Assembly: GCA_012295275.1 (NCBI GenBank)
Contig: CM022671.1
Location: forward strand, 5,394,001-5,458,000
Origin: Chrysomallon squamiferum
Taxonomy: Eukaryota > Animalia > Mollusca
Reading direction: 5' to 3'
Length of the DNA stretch: 64,000 bases
In this document: positions 58,434 through 64,000 of the stretch, piece by piece
Numbering within the stretch: position 1 is the first letter of the stretch
How the letters are laid out: each line of letters begins with the position of its first letter
Made by a program: the position numbers and the translations under genes
The notes under the pieces: model-generated
The model's database searches: none
What the model was told of the DNA's origin: nothing
What the model saw: only the letters and a program-made list of their open reading frames with translations

Positions 58434-58873
58434 CATAAAGAACGGAAGAACAAAGCAGTTAACAAGAGAGATAGAAAGATAAAGAAAGAAGGATAGAAAG
58501 AGAGACAAACTGAGAAATGTGAAGGTAGTAATTTGTTGGGCCGAAACGAAACAACAGAAATACACACAATAACCACGTCTTAATATATATATATTATTTA
58601 ACAATATTTGCTCAGCCTGATATTCAGACTAACATTGTTGAAGGTGGGTTTAGTTGTTGGTGGGTAAAATGAGCCAAAGGTGAATTTGTTTCAGCCTCAT
58701 AGACAACAATGAAAACATAAAAAGTATCTCTGTTGGTCTCAGAATGATTTTTCATATATTCACAATGTGCAGCATACACAGACGACAAGACAAATAACCA
58801 CTGAAGAGGATCGATACCGCCTTCCACCGATCCACGTTAAAATAGGTCAAACACTAATCTGTTCGTGAACAAA

Positions 58874-58904
<31 letters not shown>

Positions 58905-59099
58905 GAATAGAAAAATGATTCACCAGTATTGCATGAAACAAAATAATAATAATAATAATAATAATAAAATGAAATAAAATTCCTTACAGTTATCGAAAAA
59001 AAAAAAAAAAAAATAATAATAATAAAAAAAAAATGAAATAAAATTCCTTACAGTTATCGAAAAAAAAAAAAAAAAAAAAAAAAAAATAAAAAAAAAAAC

Positions 59100-59760
59100 A
59101 CAAAAATTACCGAGAATAACAAAATGTTTCACGACAATTTCCGAGGAAAGCTGAAACCTTTAACGAAAATTACCGAGTACCGAGCACTCACGAAGGTTGC
59201 AGACGTAATTATTTAAATCGGTACGAACGACTGGAGAGAGAATAATCAGGTAAAAATAATAACACTAATTAACGACTTCAAACAACAGTCGTTGTATATC
59301 GACGCGAGCGCGATGTACCGACATTACAAATAAAACACATGGCAGTGCGCTCACGTTTTATTTTTAGAAATACCGCGCTACCTGCACGTTTCCTTAAATA
59401 ATTAACTAAGAATCAATAACGAAAAAGAGGCTGTGGGTGTTGTTCGATAAAAAAAAAAAAAAAAAAAAATGGTGGAAACCGGCTGAACAAAACAACATTC
59501 CTCGTTTACTGGCCTACAGTAAACATTTTGCAGGGTAAGCAATGTATACAACTCCGCACGTGCGCGCGTACACGTAGCCACATGCCAACTGCCGAGTTCT
59601 GTAAGGACAGATAATCGATAGAAACGAAATAATGAATTATAATCGTTTGTGCACGAATGCACGTTGCTTTCAGTAAGAAAACGTTTAATGTCCAGACAAA
59701 GAAATGATTTCGATGTAGTTACAATCGGCGTACAAACGGCACCTAATTACCCGTATGCTA
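59100..59760. promoter_or_regulatory. CpG-dense island, candidate promoter
   Basis: Among the most CpG-dense non-coding stretches by eye (e.g. CGACGCGAGCGCG, CGCACGTGCGCGCGTACACG). Has a minus-strand donor-like TTC|GTGAGT at 59191. No protein similarity recognised. Confidence 0.4.
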
Positions 59761-59902
59761 AAATAAAAATAAGAATAATTATCAAACGAAAACAGCTCAA
59801 GCAAATAAAAATCCTATGAACTTGTATTACGTTAGTTTGTGTTCAACTTGATGAATAGAATAATTATGTTAAGGGAGAATTTAAAATTATTTTTCCATTT
59901 TT

Positions 59903-59935
<33 letters not shown>

Positions 59936-60491
59936 ATTTAATTGTATTATTTGATATGTACAGCATCATTTATTTCCAATTCCAAAAAGTGCTCCGAGAT
60001 CAGTGAGTGAATTATATCTATAGAAGCTGTACGCATATCTGTCTTGGACGTTATCCCAAATTTCACTCACTGTATCCAAAAGTGAGTCTTGTTCTTTATT
60101 TTTTGTCATCCCTTTCGGAATAAAATAACAGTTTGTTCAAGCACAGTCAAAGGTTCTTTCATTAATTCATTCACAGGGCCCCGTTTACGACTGGATTTCA
60201 GTTTTGTTAATGCTGGTTAAAATTTAAATGAAATAAATATGTATTGTGAAAGAAAGCAGACTTCAAAATGTAGTCATAACTGATGTTAGTAGTCATAGTG
60301 ATAGTCAAACATCGCTGAAATTGTTTAATGTTCGGTTCGGCAACAGAATAAAAAAAAAAAAAAAAAAAAAAACATATTTGAAGAGTAACAGCGGCAAGTA
60401 GTCATGGCAATACGTATATTTAAAAGCAGTTTGAACGACAGCAACAGCAACAACAACGACATACTTTAAACAACACAGCTGCAAAAGTTTC

Positions 60492-60560
<69 letters not shown>

Positions 60561-62334
60561 GAAAGCACTTTAAAAATAACAATGACGTATTTAGTCAACT
60601 AATTATCATTAATGAAATATCCTTCATCGGCAATTTCACTTTGATTTCCAATCAAAAGAGATCCCATCTGACGGAATAATAGTACTCTAATGAAATTTGA
60701 CTTCCATTTAAAGGAAACCATGGCAACCGCATTAACTCCATGAAAGATGTAATAAGGAACGAGCTTTAAAGTACTCGAATGAAGTCTGATTGCAAGACCG
60801 CTAATAGATTTGTAATCACCGCACTGCATTAAGTTCGCTGGATGTTTTGTTAAACTGAGGAGGTATTGTACATACTTCCAGTTCTAAACTGTTCTTGTTT
60901 AAATAGATATACGTTTTTATAGTAGTCTGAAATAAAGATTAAAAAAAAAAAGAAAAAAAAAGCTTAAACGGTTACTGAACACGAAAGAATTAGTTTTACA
61001 CGAAAATAATCTCTTTTTTTTTTTTTTTTTTTTCGTTTTGTTATGTTTGTTCAGCAATAATGATGATGATGATGATGATGATGATAATAATAATAATAAT
61101 AATCACAATGTTTATGATGATGATAGTGATGTTTAAAGATAACTATTTGAAATAAGATATTCTAAAATAAGATAAGATGTTTGCCAAGGCCAGCTCTGTC
61201 GTGTACTTATATGAACAATTAGAAATATACTGCCTCATAGCGTTTTTGTTTTTACTTTTTTCTATGTATGGTGTGACTTAATAATAATAATAATAATAAA
61301 ATAATAATAATAATAATAATAAATGTAATAAAATGTAGGATATATCCTGTGGATTTAGTAAGGTTGTCAACAAAGTTTATTCATATTCAAGAACATCTGT
61401 CTGTATATCTGTACGTCGGTCTGTCTCTCTTTTTCCCTCTAGCTCTGTCTTTCTCTCCTCTTTTTTTTTTTTATCTATCTGTCTGTCTCTCTTCCTCTCT
61501 CTCTTTCCATGTTCTTTTTCCTTGCAAACTGTAATAAAATATTACTAGAAGGAAAACTGACAAAATAAAAAAAAAAAGGACCGCAAAACAAGTCTTTAAA
61601 CAACGAGTAAAACAGAAATTCATTTTTCTTCTTCTTTTACATCCAGTGTTATCTGCCAATTACCATGGATTCAGGAAAACTAGAAAACGACAAACTTTCG
61701 CTAAAAGTCGTGTAAGCCGATAAAGAAAAACCTATTACTCAACCTTAATTTTACAAAGAATGATGGACTTAGTAACGCAAAAAAAAAAAAAAACCAACAA
61801 AAACACAACAATTTATGAACAAATCCATAGGCTTGCGTTCTCAGCAAAGCAGACAGTTTATTCATGTTTACATGACTCATTGGTACTGACTGTTCTGAAA
61901 GCTTATGGTTAAATAATGATGAAGATTTCATGTAGGTGTTTTTTTTTTTTTTTTTTTTTTTGTAAGGGCTGTCTTTAGAAATAAACAAAAGCTACACTTT
62001 TGGTTCTCACGGTATGTTGAGGTCATGTTCACCTGTTACCGTGTTTGATGTCAGCACGTATCACAGTATTTTCTTCAGTTTTTCAAAATTTTCAGTTATT
62101 ATCAACACCTCTCTGACATCAGTTGACAAACAATGCCACTAAACGTCTCCTGGAATTATGTTCCTGCAGTCCTTATATCCAGATGTATGTTCATGTTAAA
62201 TATTGTTTGTTCATTATGATGATGATGATAATGACGATGATGAGGATAAAGATACCAATAATAACAATAAAAGAACATTAATCCAGAAAAATAATAATAA
62301 TAATAATATAATACAGATAACGATTGTCAGAAAT

Positions 62335-62535
62335 AAAAGAAATGTTACTGTTAATAATCCACTCAACAACATATTTAATATACACAGTTACATGACGTCG
62401 TACACGTCGTTAACGAACATAGAGATAATGAGAGAGCAAATCCTCTACCGCCAGACCATGGGTTACACTTTTCTGTTAGCAGCAAAATAAAACCTGTTAT
62501 ATGCACCTTGCCACTGATAGGAAAACAGTTATAAC
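62335..62535 (-). mobile_element. Degenerate SINE fragment (Nin/Deu-domain-like)
   Basis: The core TTATATGCACCTTGCCACTGATAGGAAA resembles cores at ~39910, ~47370 and (reverse) ~30350 in this window. It also resembles my recollection of the molluscan Nin/Deu SINE core (...TCCTGTCTGTGGGATGGTGCATATAAAAGATCC...). The family assignment was not verified by search. Confidence 0.6.
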
Positions 62536-62619
62536 CCAGTTCTAACTGTAAAGAAAAATGGCTTAATGGCAAAATGATTATAATGATGATAATGATCTGA
62601 TGATGAATATACTACTGCT

Positions 62620-62769
62620 GTAACTAGACTTACTATTATTTCTACCACTACTACTATTGCTGCTACTATCAGTAAAACTTCAACTACTACTACTACTATT
62701 ACTACTACTACTACTACTACTATTACTATTACTACTACTACTATTACTACTACTTATTACTACTACTAT

Positions 62770-62802
<33 letters not shown>

Positions 62803-63058
62803 CATCACCATCAAAGCAACTGTTCTTAATCAAAAATCGTAACAAGAAGACGTACAAAAAAGGAAAAATACGAAATTACACCAAAACTAACAAATGAAGT
62901 GCATTTAAAAACTGTTAAAAGTCTGACAGGTCAAGATGACCTTCGACCTTTTCGTTTGTTATGAAATTATCAAGTTACATTCTGGCAGGATGTTAAGATA
63001 AAATTCTGCGTCTGCAATTTTTCTCATAACTGAAAAATGATTTATCTGTTTATTTATT

Positions 63059-63156
<98 letters not shown>

Positions 63157-63175
63157 ATAATGATGATGATGATGA
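62620..63175. repeat. (TAC)n microsatellites (62620-62805 degenerate; 63059-63155 perfect)
   Basis: Directly visible. Confidence 0.9.
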
Positions 63176-63673
63176 AAAAAATGATCATGATAATATAAAT
63201 CACCTCTATACTAACAGTTTAAGAAAACCAGTTTAAAAGCAGAAGTATGTTTTATGCATATGCCGACACATTTTCACTGCTATAAATTTTAGATTTATTA
63301 ATATATTCATACGCTGCTTTTTTGCTGAGCTGTCGCTAAACATTCAATTTTTTATGATTATTTTCTGATATATACGAGCCAAGCAAACGATTAAGAAGGG
63401 TTACTGCAAAATCGGTTCACATTTTACATAGCGATTTTTGTCTGTTACAAGCAGATGTAAAGGTGGTATAAGCAATTAGTTTTTTTTGTGGGGTTTTGGG
63501 TTTTTTTTTTTTTGTGTTTTTTTTTACATTTTCATTTTTTTTTTTTTTTTTTTAATGTTAATCTCTTTAAATTTTCATATACATATTATACCCATCATAA
63601 TGGATAGAGAGATGTCCCCTTTTTTAATGAGATGCATTAGCTAATATTTCGAAGGGTAGCAAAAATCTAATGG

Positions 63674-63800
63674 TACAGTGGAACTTCGGGTTACGAACTG
63701 AATTCGTTCCAGGACTTGATTCGTAAATCGAAGCGTTGTCAGTCATACGAACGCCACTCTCATGTTTTGCAGTTATTTATTTCTTAACCTCTACTGTGTT
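63674..63800. mobile_element. Tc1/mariner (pogo/Tigger-like) terminal inverted repeat, possible short MITE
   Basis: TA followed by CAGTGGAACTTCGGGTTACGAACTGAATTCGTTCC at 63676 is the typical TA|CAGTGGAAC..CG..TACGAAC end of Tigger-like elements. A possible decayed right end TTCTTAACC..TCTACTG lies at 63781-63796. Confidence 0.55.
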
Positions 63801-64000
63801 TTCTTGGGCGCCATATTGGATAAAAATACACACGTAAAAGAAGCAACACTTTAAAAAATGCGAGGGCACAATCTCAGTGTAAAAGCTATTGAGCTGCAAC
63901 TGAATATCGAAAACTAAAATACCTAATTCATTATATATACTTGCTAAAGGGCATGTCTATAATCCTTACTTTGACCTCGGTTTTGACGTATGTATTCTTA

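Noticed and set aside
60001-60072. Inverted repeat CAGTGAGTGAA...TTCACTCACTG as a pre-miRNA
   Set aside because: Only an 11-bp stem with a 50-nt unpaired loop, too weak for a miRNA hairpin, and no known mature miRNA was recognised.

Overview
Very AT-rich, microsatellite-dense animal genomic DNA, not prokaryotic. Almost all ORFs in the supplied track are simple-repeat artefacts. Reading the minus strand by hand recovers two spliced genes that the track misses, arranged head-to-tail. (1) The first three coding exons of an inositol 1,4,5-trisphosphate receptor (ITPR/IP3R; 18689-18607, 9265-9195, 4327-4221). The gene continues off the left edge. (2) Three coding exons of a universal stress protein (USP; 39550-39467, 31989-31898, 28700-28488) with an intact G-2x-G-9x-G-S ATP-binding motif. 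I could not find the canonical first USP coding exon (beta1, '...IAVDGS...'). An animal USP, mosaic CpG depletion over gene bodies and degenerate Nin/Deu-type SINE copies together suggest a lophotrochozoan, probably a gastropod mollusc (inference). The most unusual sequence-level features concern one USP exon: both of its splice sites are locally duplicated, giving an in-frame +15 nt donor and a -137 nt acceptor that introduces a premature stop. Other notable items are candidate truncating first exons for the USP, a uORF/overlapping-ORF leader before ITPR, and a recently duplicated HSE-like block. No clearly novel multi-gene system is supportable from the sequence alone.
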